In this document: positions 1 through 11,921 of the stretch, piece by piece
How positions within the stretch are numbered: the stretch's first letter is position 1
How the letters are laid out: every line of letters starts with the position of its first letter
Source of the DNA: an uncultured Planctomycetales bacterium
GTDB lineage: Bacteria; Omnitrophota; Gorgyraeia; Zapsychrales; JANLHA01
Length of the DNA: 58,359 bases
NCBI GenBank assembly: GCA_964400065.1
Contig: CAYNSM010000002.1
Span: 1-58,359 of the forward strand
Direction: 5' to 3'
Notes under the pieces: generated by a model
Database searches by the model: none
What the model saw: only the letters and a program-made list of their open reading frames with translations
What the model was told of the DNA's origin: nothing
Program-made: the position numbers and the translations under genes

Positions 1-842
1 GGCTTAATCATCGGATACTCAAACCCGCGCAAAGAGATAAAATCAACTTCTCCGTCAAGAAACTTGAGCATCGCCGTGTCCTGATTTTGAACAATCAGGT
101 AAATGATTCGTTCCAAATACGGAAGATTTTGACCGCTTTCGGATTTTTTCCAATACAAAGGATTGCGGACAAGGACAAAGCGCTCGCCGGGCAAATAAGA
201 TGCTAATTTAAACGGCCCGGTTCCCACAATCTCCTGAGGTTTTGTATCAATGCCCCAAGTGAAGTTAAACTTTTTTTGCGCCACAGCTTCGGCCAACTTA
301 TGCTTTGGCAAAATTGGCTGACCCATACTTTGCAAAAAAGGCGCAAACTTAACCGGAAGCGTAAACTTAACGGTCAAATCATTAACTTTTTCAACTTTAA
401 AAATTTTTTCGTCAATTTTAAAAATATCACGGCTGGAACAAACAACATCGTCGTTGTAAATCAAATCATTGAAAGTAAAAACAACATCGTCCGCTCCAAA
501 TGGCTGCCCGTCATTCCAGCGCACATTCGCCCGCAAATAAAAAGTCCAAGTCAAGCCATCTTCGGTGACCTGCCAACTTTCGGCCAAAGCCGGCTCGGCT
601 TTAAGGGTCATCGCATTAAGCTTGGTAAGTCCTTCAAAAATATAACCGGTCACGGTGTGTGTCGAAGTTTCTTGTGCGGTGATATCGTTAAACGATTTGG
701 GGTCTGAAATTGAAGAGAGAATAAGACTCCCGCCGTAGCGGGGTTCCTGCGCCCCGGCTACGACGGAAAAATTAAATAAGAATACGACGATAAAGAAAAG
801 TTGGCACAAATAATTTTTGCAATTCTGCGAAAAATAGGCCAT
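1..842 (-). CDS. ABC transporter substrate-binding protein, family 5 (peptide/nickel, OppA/DppA-like); N-terminal part only, 3' end lies beyond the window start
   Basis: Absent from the ORF track because it runs off the edge. My minus-strand translation from ATG 842..840 reads MAYFSQNCKNYLCQLFFIVVFLFNFSVVAGAQEPRYGGSLILSS...WTFYLRANVRWNDGQPF...GTGPFKLASYLPGERFVLVRNPLYWKK. That is a hydrophobic signal peptide followed by motifs typical of SBP_bac_5 proteins. The frame stays open to position 1. Confidence 0.8.
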   Translation of the reverse strand, partial: MAYFSQNCKNYLCQLFFIVVFLFNFSVVAGAQEPRYGGSLILSSISDPKSFNDITAQETSTHTVTGYIFEGLTKLNAMTLKAEPALAESWQVTEDGLTWTFYLRANVRWNDGQPFGADDVVFTFNDLIYNDDVVCSSRDIFKIDEKIFKVEKVNDLTVKFTLPVKFAPFLQSMGQPILPKHKLAEAVAQKKFNFTWGIDTKPQEIVGTGPFKLASYLPGERFVLVRNPLYWKKSESGQNLPYLERIIYLIVQNQDTAMLKFLDGEVDFISLRGFEYPMIK

Positions 843-859
843 GAGAAAATCGAACGAAA

Positions 860-1306
860 TTATTGCTTCTTTTCGGCAACTGGAGCGCTTGTTGCTGTAA
901 CTGGCAAAGACTTTTGGTCCACTGAAGTTTCTGCGGCTGGAACAACCTCCGCTTTTTCTTCTTTGCTTCCCACAGAAACAGCAGGAGTCGGCACATCCTT
1001 TTTCTGCTCTTTGTCATCTAAAGGAATGTTGATTTTAATATCCGGATTTTTTGTCTTGTCCATCAAGCGATCCATAAGCGACTGGTCCCGACGGGCAGAA
1101 AAATGGGCCAAAGTTAAACTGGTAATAACAAACAAAACGGCCAACACACTCGTTGCGCGCACCATAAATTCGTTGGTCTTAGCCCCAAACATCGTTTCGG
1201 CCGCCGCAAACCCTTCCGTCAAGCCGCCTCCGCGACCAGATTGCATAAGAATCACGGTGACTAAAAGAACGCACACCAACGAATGAATAATCAGAACAAA
1301 TGTCAT
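860..1306 (-). CDS. secG: preprotein translocase subunit SecG, with a long low-complexity C-terminal tail
   Basis: 148 aa. N-terminal TM helix, LMQSGRGGGL...FGAK motif, second TM helix. Classic pgk-tpiA-secG order. SD AAGGGAAG before ATG 1306. The K/E/P/A/V-rich tail makes it longer than typical SecG. Confidence 0.8.
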   Translation of the reverse strand: MTFVLIIHSLVCVLLVTVILMQSGRGGGLTEGFAAAETMFGAKTNEFMVRATSVLAVLFVITSLTLAHFSARRDQSLMDRLMDKTKNPDIKINIPLDDKEQKKDVPTPAVSVGSKEEKAEVVPAAETSVDQKSLPVTATSAPVAEKKQ

Positions 1307-1326
1307 ATCTTCCCTTTCTTAACTTA

Positions 1327-2091
1327 TCACTTAAGTGTCAGGCAATTCTTGACAATTGCCGTAAACGAATCGCTTTTTAAACTAGCACCCCCGACTAAAG
1401 CCCCGTCGATATCCGGCTGGCCCATCAGCTCAGCGGTATTCTCAGGCTTGACACTGCCACCGTATTGAATGCGAACCTTGTTGGCAATAGCGGCGTCGTA
1501 TTTTTTGGTCAACCAGTCCCGAATAAATTTATGCACCTCTTGAGCTTGCGCCGGTGTTGCCGTCTTGCCCGTACCAATGGCCCAAACCGGTTCATAGGCC
1601 AAAACAATATTTTCCATTTCAGAAGCGCTCAAGTTAACAAGGGAACCTTCCAATTGGGTTTTGATCACATCAAAAGTTTTTCCAGCCTCGCGCTCACTTA
1701 AAACTTCGCCGATACAAACGATAGGAATAAGCACGTGTTTTAAAGCAGCCTTGATCTTTTTGTTGACGGTTGCGTCTGTCTCACCAAAAAATTGACGGCG
1801 TTCACTGTGGCCGAGAATGACATATTCAACACCGATCGCTTTGATCATGGGAGCCGAAACCTCGCCGGTAAATGCACCAAAATCCTCCCAATAAATATTC
1901 TGCGCGCCTAAAGCAATACTGGAATCGTTTAGGACATCTTTGACTTCAGAGAGTGCTGTAAAAGGCGGACAAACAACCACATCAACTTCTGTCATGTCGC
2001 CTAAAGTTCTTTTAAGTTCCGTCACCAGTTCAATAGCCTCAAACGAGGTCTTGTACATTTTCCAATTTCCAGCAATAATAATTTTTCGCAT
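1327..2091 (-). CDS. tpiA: triosephosphate isomerase
   Basis: 254 aa with TIM signature motifs IIAGNWKMY, ILGHSERR, YEPVWAIGTG and YGGSV. Confidence 0.97.
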   Translation of the reverse strand: MRKIIIAGNWKMYKTSFEAIELVTELKRTLGDMTEVDVVVCPPFTALSEVKDVLNDSSIALGAQNIYWEDFGAFTGEVSAPMIKAIGVEYVILGHSERRQFFGETDATVNKKIKAALKHVLIPIVCIGEVLSEREAGKTFDVIKTQLEGSLVNLSASEMENIVLAYEPVWAIGTGKTATPAQAQEVHKFIRDWLTKKYDAAIANKVRIQYGGSVKPENTAELMGQPDIDGALVGGASLKSDSFTAIVKNCLTLK

Positions 2092-2162
2092 AATTAAATC
2101 CTTACTTAGCTATTGTCAATTTCAATAATGATAACTTGATACTACCGTCTAGCGTCCAACGT

Positions 2163-3347
2163 CTATTGCTTCTCTGTCAACGCCGCGATGCCCGGCAAAA
2201 CTTTGCCTTCCAAAAGCTCAAGCGAAGCGCCGCCACCGGTTGAAATATGCGTCATCCCCTCTTCACAATTAAACTTTGCAACCGCCGCGGCGGTGTCTCC
2301 TCCGCCGACGATCGTGACCACACCTTTAAGGCTGGCTAAATATTCTGCAATTTCGCGCGTGCCGTTGGAATATTCTTTAACTTCAAAAACACCAACCGGC
2401 CCGTTCCAAACAACAGTCTTGGCCGTCGACAAAACCGCCTTAAACGCTTTGCGGGTTTCGGGCCCGATATCCACGCCAGCCCAGCCAGGCTCAAGGTCCT
2501 TAACAATTTTAAGTTCAGATGGATTTTTAAAATCCTTAACCGCAACAAAGTCCGATGACAAAACAATATTGACTTTAGCAGCCTTGGCTTTTTCGAGAAT
2601 TGATTTGGCTGTGTCGATCTTGTCCACTTCCAAAAGCGACGTCCCGATTTCTTTGCCCAAAGCTTTTAAAAACGTATAAACCATTCCTCCGCCGATAATA
2701 ATCGAATCGACTTTAGGCAGCATATTTTCAATCAGTGCAATCTTGTCCGAAACTTTAGCACCGCCTAAAATAATAACAAACGGCTTGGCCGGATTGTTGG
2801 TCGCCTGTCCTAAATAGCGAATCTCTTTTTCAAGAAGAAAACCAGCAGCAGATTTAAGATATTGCGTAACCCCATGCGTTGAGGCATGCGCGCGATGTGA
2901 AGTTCCAAAAGCATCATTAACAAAAACATCAGCCAAAGACGCTAACTGTTTGGCAAACGCAGGATCATTTTTGGTTTCAGCTTTGTGAAAACGTAAGTTT
3001 TCGAGAAGAACCACTTTCTCGCTGCTAGCGGCAATAGCGGCCTTGACTTCATCGCCGACGCAATCTTTGGTGCAGAGGACTTTTTGTCCTAAAAGTTTTT
3101 CCAATTGTTTCCCAACGGGGGCAAGTCTTTGATCTTCGACGACTTGGCCTTCCGGGCGGCCCAAATGACTCATCAAAATCACCTTCGATGCTCCCTGTTT
3201 TAGGACATATTCAATCGTAGGCAACGCTTCGGTAATGCGCCGATCATCAGTAATATTAAGTTTATCATCAAGAGGAACATTAAAATCCACACGAATTAAA
3301 ACTTTTTTACCCTTAACATCAAGATCTTTGACAGTAAGTTTACTCAT
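2163..3347 (-). CDS. pgk: phosphoglycerate kinase
   Basis: 394 aa with RVDFNVP, MSHLGRP, GGGDTAAA and ISTGGGASLE motifs. Strong SD GAAGGAAGG before ATG 3347. Confidence 0.97.
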   Translation of the reverse strand: MSKLTVKDLDVKGKKVLIRVDFNVPLDDKLNITDDRRITEALPTIEYVLKQGASKVILMSHLGRPEGQVVEDQRLAPVGKQLEKLLGQKVLCTKDCVGDEVKAAIAASSEKVVLLENLRFHKAETKNDPAFAKQLASLADVFVNDAFGTSHRAHASTHGVTQYLKSAAGFLLEKEIRYLGQATNNPAKPFVIILGGAKVSDKIALIENMLPKVDSIIIGGGMVYTFLKALGKEIGTSLLEVDKIDTAKSILEKAKAAKVNIVLSSDFVAVKDFKNPSELKIVKDLEPGWAGVDIGPETRKAFKAVLSTAKTVVWNGPVGVFEVKEYSNGTREIAEYLASLKGVVTIVGGGDTAAAVAKFNCEEGMTHISTGGGASLELLEGKVLPGIAALTEKQ

Positions 3348-3412
3348 AAGGCCTTCCTTCTCTAAAAAAATATATAAGCGTGTTAATAAATTTGGGGATA
3401 AAGAATTAAAAT

Positions 3413-3440
3413 ATTATACGTAAGAAGATTACTTTGTCCA
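3413..3440 (-). promoter_or_regulatory. candidate sigma70-type promoter for pgk-tpiA-secG
   Basis: Minus strand: -35 TGGACA (3440..3435), 16-nt spacer, -10 TATAAT (3418..3413), about 65 nt upstream of the pgk ATG. It lies in the 146-nt gap that separates the glycan array from the housekeeping genes. Confidence 0.4.
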
Positions 3441-3493
3441 GCCGAAATTTTTCATAGGACTTCATCTTACAGGGATCCATGATTTTCATGAAA

Positions 3494-6893
<3,400 letters not shown>

Positions 6894-6921
6894 ATTTTAC
6901 TTTCTGTAAAGGATGTTCCAT

Positions 6922-6949
6922 TTTATAAGATACTCGGCCTTATTGCTAA
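6922..6949 (-). promoter_or_regulatory. weak candidate internal promoter upstream of gmd
   Basis: Minus strand: -35 TTAGCA (6949..6944), 16-nt spacer, -10 TATAAA (6927..6922), inside the 76-nt gap between the WbaP-like stop and the gmd start. Confidence 0.2.
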
Positions 6950-6969
6950 ACTGGTTATCTAAAAATTAA

Positions 6970-8391
6970 TCAATAAGCGCCTTTACCTTTTACAACAACT
7001 GGAACCGTTTGCAAAAGAATATTAATATCCAGCCAAAACGACCAATTGTTAATATACCAAATGTCCCATTTAATAAGCCTGCTAAAAGAAATATCGCTGC
7101 GTCCGCGAATTTGCCAAAGCCCTGTGATTCCCGGCTTAACTTCAAGACGCTTGAGCTGGCGCAAATCTTCCTTTTCGATCTGTTCAATCGGAAAAGGCCT
7201 GGGGCCAACCAAGCTCATTTCCCCCTTAAAAACATTAATAAGCTGCGGAAGCTCATCGAGACTAAACTTTCGCAAGAACTTTCCAAACTCCGTAACACGC
7301 GGATCGCTGCGAATTTTAAAAATTGGGCCGTCAACTTCATTTCTATGCTGCAACTGACTTTGCAGATCATCAGCATTACTGACCATGCTACGAAATTTGT
7401 ACATCAAGAATTCCTGTCCACTGCGCCCATATCGACGAGACAAATAAAAAACAGGTCCCTTACTGTCCTGCTTGATCAAAACGGCTAAAACAACAAACAA
7501 AGGGGAAAATGCAATGAGCATCAAAGAAGCCGCAGCAAAATCAAAAACACGTTTTCCAGGATGCCTAAACTCACCACCCTGATTAAAATATTCAAGAACG
7601 GGAATAAAACCAATATTGTATTTCCCAAATTCACCGGTTGTTAACTCAAAACCTTCCGGAATAACGCGCACCGCAAGACGCATTTCGCGCGCCTGCTCAA
7701 GCAGCTGAAGAAAAACCTGGCTATCATGATGACTTGTTATAAAAACCATATTAATAAAGTTCTGCTGTGCAATGACAGGAAAATCCGCAATCTTCCCAAG
7801 AATAGGATGCCCTTGGCAAGTTACAGATGGAGCCATCTGGTCATCCAAATATCCCAGAATATTTAGCCCAAGAGCCTTTCTTTTTTTAATCTCCTGTGCC
7901 AAAGCACTTCCAACCTTACCTGATCCAATGATTAGAACATTAAAATTATTGTAACCTTGAGACACTAAAAAAAGAACAAACACACGTTTAAAAATACGCC
8001 ATAATGACAAAAAAATGATAATAAAAAATCCCGCCAAGACAATCACAGTCCTGGGAAAGGCCTCTATCTTAAAGAAGTAAATCGCAACAACTGTAACAAT
8101 AACAGAATGAAAAACCGATCGTACCACTTTCCAAATTTCAATACTTTCAGCTAATTCCCGACGAGTCTGATATAAACCGTTAATATTATTAATCAAGACA
8201 ATCGCCAAAAGCCATAAAATAAAAATATAATGAATCGAACTCTTTGAGTTAAAAAAATCACCGATATGCACAGAAAATGGTAATGTTTCTCGACGTAGCC
8301 AACAAGCCAAATAAACAGCTAAAGTGACAAAAAAAACATCAATACAAATGTAAAATAACTTTATAAGATATATCCGGCTAAAAACTTTCAT
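6970..8391 (-). CDS. polyprenyl-phosphate glycosylphosphotransferase (WbaP-type initiating sugar transferase)
   Basis: The track start 8397 is GTG. ATG 8391 gives an ATGA overlap with the upstream stop. N-terminal TM helices, a central VLIIGSGKVG Rossmann-like segment, and a C-terminal bacterial sugar transferase domain (KRVFDF, MYKFRSM, GPRPFP, ITGLWQIRGRS). Confidence 0.9.
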   Translation of the reverse strand: MKVFSRIYLIKLFYICIDVFFVTLAVYLACWLRRETLPFSVHIGDFFNSKSSIHYIFILWLLAIVLINNINGLYQTRRELAESIEIWKVVRSVFHSVIVTVVAIYFFKIEAFPRTVIVLAGFFIIIFLSLWRIFKRVFVLFLVSQGYNNFNVLIIGSGKVGSALAQEIKKRKALGLNILGYLDDQMAPSVTCQGHPILGKIADFPVIAQQNFINMVFITSHHDSQVFLQLLEQAREMRLAVRVIPEGFELTTGEFGKYNIGFIPVLEYFNQGGEFRHPGKRVFDFAAASLMLIAFSPLFVVLAVLIKQDSKGPVFYLSRRYGRSGQEFLMYKFRSMVSNADDLQSQLQHRNEVDGPIFKIRSDPRVTEFGKFLRKFSLDELPQLINVFKGEMSLVGPRPFPIEQIEKEDLRQLKRLEVKPGITGLWQIRGRSDISFSRLIKWDIWYINNWSFWLDINILLQTVPVVVKGKGAY

Positions 8392-9164
8392 GCGCACCCG
8401 TCAGAAGAAATCGTTTTTCGAAAAATTTCATTTTTAATAATTAAATATACAAAACGTGCGTTCCCAAAAAGATACCGCCGCCACAAACGCCGTGGTTCAC
8501 AACAAAGCCGAAAGAGCCACTCAAAACCACTTTTTTGCAACCAGCTTGGCGCCTGACGTTTTGTTCCGGCAAGAAAATCAAATGCTGCACCCGCCCCGAT
8601 AATAACCGGCACATTAATTTGCGAACGATGGACGGACATCCAAAAATCCTGTTTGGGCGACCCTAACCCAATCCACAAAACATCTGCTCCTGACGCATTG
8701 ATCTGGTCAATAATTTCCTGTTTTTCTTTTTGTCTTGAAACCAAAAAAAGTGGAGCATGATGCCCAACGATCAAAAGTTTTGGAAACCGTCGTTTTAAAT
8801 TTTCAACTAAAAGCCGGTTAGTCACCCCTGATCCGCCATAAAAAAAATGTTTATATCCTTTATTCTGGCTTAACGCACAAAATGCATTCATCAAATCCGG
8901 ACCATATGTCCGACAGACCATCTTTCCTGCACGCCAGCGGCCCAACCAAACAATCGGCATTCCGTCCGGCGTGACCATCCCGGCATTATTCACAATCGAC
9001 CGATACACAGGATCATCCTGACAATCGATAATCGTCGACACCGGCGCCACGCAGACATACGTCCTTACCTGATCCACGATCCAGCCTTCAATCTGGGCGC
9101 AGGCTGCATTTAAATTAACCGCACTAATCCTTACACCAAGAATATTAAAAAATGCCGTCGTCAT
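8388..9164 (-). CDS. WecB/TagA/CpsF family (GT26) glycosyltransferase
   Basis: 258 aa with TPDGMPIVW, FFYGG and GLGSPKQDFW motifs of the TagA/WecG-type family. Confidence 0.85.
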   Translation of the reverse strand: MTTAFFNILGVRISAVNLNAACAQIEGWIVDQVRTYVCVAPVSTIIDCQDDPVYRSIVNNAGMVTPDGMPIVWLGRWRAGKMVCRTYGPDLMNAFCALSQNKGYKHFFYGGSGVTNRLLVENLKRRFPKLLIVGHHAPLFLVSRQKEKQEIIDQINASGADVLWIGLGSPKQDFWMSVHRSQINVPVIIGAGAAFDFLAGTKRQAPSWLQKSGFEWLFRLCCEPRRLWRRYLFGNARFVYLIIKNEIFRKTISSDGCA

Positions 9165-9344
9165 TTTAAAACAAATATTCCTTTGTTTTTAATCTTCGGC
9201 GAAAAGCCGCAAAAGGGGCAGGCATTTTCAAAATAAACCGTCATCATAACCTAAAAATTTGACGGACTTTTTAAATAAATCCATAAAATACGGAGTTAAA
9301 ACATTTAACGCCCAAACAAAAAAGCATTGACCATCAAACAAAAA

Positions 9345-10478
9345 TCATTTTTTTTTAATATTATTGACCAGTAAAAGATCCTTAAATACAACGCTCATTC
9401 TCTGGGCATAAACATCCAAAGTATAATCTCGTTCGTATTTTGCTCGACCATTTTTGCCCATCATAACACGAGATTGAGTATCTTTGGCTAAGAGTAATAT
9501 TTTTTTTGCCAAGGTCACATCATCACCTTTAGGAAAAAGTAAGCCGGTTTGCCCATCATCGACAATTTCCGGTATCGACCCTTCAACTGAAGCAACAACC
9601 GCACGGCCCTCAGCCATCGCGTGCAAAAGAACCAAACCAAAAACATCCCGCAACGTCGGAAAAATATAAATATCACTTCTACGAAAATATTCGGTCCGTT
9701 TTTCCTCATCCCCGACATAACCAACATACTCAAAATGAGATTCCAACTTTTTGCCCTTGATAAAATCCTGCATTTGTACGATAAACTCCGGAGACTCAGC
9801 CGGACCAGCAAAAGTAAAATACACATTCGGATTTTGCTCGATCACCTTTGGCATAGCCTGTAAAGCGACCCAAATCCCCTTGGACTTTTGTAGAAAAGAA
9901 AAAAACAGCACCTTGATTTTTTTATCCGATGGTTGATGCAAAAGCTGCGGCAAAAGACCCGCCGAATCGGCTACTGCGCCGGGAACCGCATAAACCCGAT
10001 CCGTATCCATTAACCCAAAATAAACTTTACGCGTCAGCTCACCAAGAACAATACTTGCGATCATACATTTTAACATCAAGCGGATCAAGAATTTATAAAG
10101 CCCCGTTGAAGAATCATAAAGTTCACGTACATACTGACCCATATCATGAAGAACAACTTTACAACCCAAAATCCGCGCGCTCATGCAGAAAACAAAATCT
10201 TTTAAAAATGGCAATTTGTCAAAACTTATCGCGTAAAGAACATACTCTGGCCGTTTGACAAGAAGAAGACCAACAAATTGAAAATAATACTGAATAAATT
10301 TAAAAAGCTTGGCAGCTGTTATTTTTTTGTGCTTCTCATACGACCAAAACTTCATATTAAAAAAGATAACATCAAATTCCTGTACAAAGCGTGATTCCAT
10401 AAGCGCCTTGTAAAGCATGCTGTGACCAAAATTCGGCGGAGGAAGTATTCCGCAAATCAAAATTCTTGTTTTTTTCAT
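9345..10478 (-). CDS. glycosyltransferase family 4 (GT-B, Glycos_transf_1)
   Basis: 377 aa. The C-terminal FGLVLLHAMAEGRAVVASVEGSIPEIVDDGQTGLLF region is typical of GT4 enzymes. It begins 26 nt downstream of the FHA gene stop. Confidence 0.85.
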   Translation of the reverse strand: MKKTRILICGILPPPNFGHSMLYKALMESRFVQEFDVIFFNMKFWSYEKHKKITAAKLFKFIQYYFQFVGLLLVKRPEYVLYAISFDKLPFLKDFVFCMSARILGCKVVLHDMGQYVRELYDSSTGLYKFLIRLMLKCMIASIVLGELTRKVYFGLMDTDRVYAVPGAVADSAGLLPQLLHQPSDKKIKVLFFSFLQKSKGIWVALQAMPKVIEQNPNVYFTFAGPAESPEFIVQMQDFIKGKKLESHFEYVGYVGDEEKRTEYFRRSDIYIFPTLRDVFGLVLLHAMAEGRAVVASVEGSIPEIVDDGQTGLLFPKGDDVTLAKKILLLAKDTQSRVMMGKNGRAKYERDYTLDVYAQRMSVVFKDLLLVNNIKKK

Positions 10479-10504
10479 AACAGCTCAATTCCTTCTTCCA
10501 GTTG

Positions 10505-10849
10505 CTAAACGATGTCCATCAAAGACTTGGCGTCATACAGGCCATCTATGATAAAAACCACCAAATCCGTCGCCCCAAAACTTAACATCGTGCGATTTTC
10601 CAACTTCACATTGCCCAAAATGCGGACTTTGTTAACATGCGTTCCATTGGTGCTGTTTAAGTCCTTGACAAAACAGGCCTCTTTTTCCCAATAAACAACC
10701 GCGTGACTGCGTGAACAAAACTTATCATAATCAATACGAATGTTTGCTTCTTGACCCCGGCCAATCAAAACAGGACAATCAGCTTTCACAAAATATTTAT
10801 GCCCTTTTAAAGGCCCGGTTTTAACAATCAAACAAATTGTTTTATTCAC
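10505..10849 (-). CDS. FHA domain-only protein (phosphothreonine-binding module)
   Basis: 114 aa with a GTG start overlapping the kinase stop (GTGA). The conserved FHA positions are present: IGRG (Gly-Arg), SRSH (SxxH) and STNGTHVN (Asn-Gly). Confidence 0.85.
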   Translation of the reverse strand: MNKTICLIVKTGPLKGHKYFVKADCPVLIGRGQEANIRIDYDKFCSRSHAVVYWEKEACFVKDLNSTNGTHVNKVRILGNVKLENRTMLSFGATDLVVFIIDGLYDAKSLMDIV

Positions 10850-11910
10850 ATTATGATGCCTTTCCTCCAGCTCTCCAAGAAAATATTGTAACGCTCATAA
10901 AGAATTTTTTGTTTTTGCTGCGGCAAACTCTTAAAAATCGCTTCCATTGCTTCAATGGCTTTTGGCAAATCACGGTATTGCTGCCCTAAAACAAGAACTT
11001 CATTAATGCGTTTTTCCAAAACACAATCCTCGGAAGCGCTATAATTCTCAAGAGCACCCAAAAATTCTCCCGCATCAGAATACCGTTTAAGAGTGTCATT
11101 TGCTAAAGATTTAAGTACAATCGCATCTAAGTGCGCATCGATACAAGAATTAAACGTCGATGGCGGCTGCGCGGGAAAACTGCGCGCCTTACGTATCGCA
11201 CGCTCAATATCTTTACTATCCTTATATTTGCCACTTTGTGGAATTTTAAACGGGGCAATGCCGGTAAGCATAATATAAAAAATCATTCCCGCTGAATAAA
11301 CGTCACTGGCAGGCGATTTATAATTCCAAAAACCTTCCGGAGCCATATATGCAAGCGTACCGGCGGAATCGGCAAGCTTTGTCAATGGGTCTACATGTTT
11401 AGCCTGTCCAAAATCTGATACCTTAACGATGAAATTCTTTCCGGTTAAATCAATCATAATATTTTGCGGCTTGACATCACGATGAATAACCGGCGGAAAA
11501 AAATCGTGAGCTTGTGCTAATCCGCGACAAATCATCTTTTGAATCTCAAGAGCCAAACCAAAATCAAGCCGCACTTTTTTGCGGATATATGCATCAAGAG
11601 TACCGTGTGGGACATATTCCATAGCGACATAAGCAACACTCTTGCCGTTCAAATCAAAATAATTGGCCTCAAAAACACGCACAACATTCGGATGCGTGAT
11701 CTTTGAAAGAATGACCGCCTCATTTAAAAAATCACCAGCTGTCTTTTCAGGAATCTTTTCCGGATGAAAAACCTTAAGCGCCTGTATCCCTAAAAATTTA
11801 TGCCGAACTTTATAGACAACACCAAACGCTCCTTCACCTAAGACGCTTTCTATAGTGTACGTATCACGGATTAGCGTATATTGCGGTAAAAACTCAAAAT
11901 TATCGGACAT
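10846..11910 (-). CDS. Hanks-type serine/threonine protein kinase, soluble
   Basis: 354 aa. G-loop LGEGAFGVVYKV, ALKVF lysine, catalytic loop HRDVKPQNIM, DFGQA and YMAPE. No TM segment. About 70 aa of helical C-terminal tail. Confidence 0.92.
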   Translation of the reverse strand: MSDNFEFLPQYTLIRDTYTIESVLGEGAFGVVYKVRHKFLGIQALKVFHPEKIPEKTAGDFLNEAVILSKITHPNVVRVFEANYFDLNGKSVAYVAMEYVPHGTLDAYIRKKVRLDFGLALEIQKMICRGLAQAHDFFPPVIHRDVKPQNIMIDLTGKNFIVKVSDFGQAKHVDPLTKLADSAGTLAYMAPEGFWNYKSPASDVYSAGMIFYIMLTGIAPFKIPQSGKYKDSKDIERAIRKARSFPAQPPSTFNSCIDAHLDAIVLKSLANDTLKRYSDAGEFLGALENYSASEDCVLEKRINEVLVLGQQYRDLPKAIEAMEAIFKSLPQQKQKILYERYNIFLESWRKGIIM

Positions 11911-11921
11911 GATTTATACTT

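Noticed and set aside
276-707. Plus-strand ORF (143 aa, TTG start) at the window start
   Set aside because: It lies entirely antisense to a well-supported minus-strand ABC substrate-binding protein gene (1..842). The product is low-complexity with no motif, so it is a shadow ORF.
801-1286. Plus-strand ORF of 161 aa, and the nested minus-strand ORF 772..1017
   Set aside because: Both overlap secG and the SBP gene start. They have no recognisable motifs and no SD. secG on the minus strand explains the open frames.
3484-3493. 10-nt perfect palindrome TTTCATGAAA directly after the Wzy_C gene stop, considered as a terminator
   Set aside because: It has no loop, no GC-rich stem and no following T-tract on the transcribed strand, so it is unlikely to be a rho-independent terminator.
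9259-9289. Plus-strand promoter-like TTGACG ... TAAAAT in the 180-nt gap
   Set aside because: The spacer is 19 nt, and there is no credible plus-strand gene downstream anywhere in the window.
9348-9356. Homopolymeric T/A runs of 8-9 nt (also near 32408..32415 and 56052..56059), considered as phase-variation tracts in glycan genes
   Set aside because: They encode lysine runs (KKK). The first sits at the extreme C-terminus of its gene. Their length is modest for slipped-strand switching in an AT-leaning genome. There is no evidence of frame disruption.
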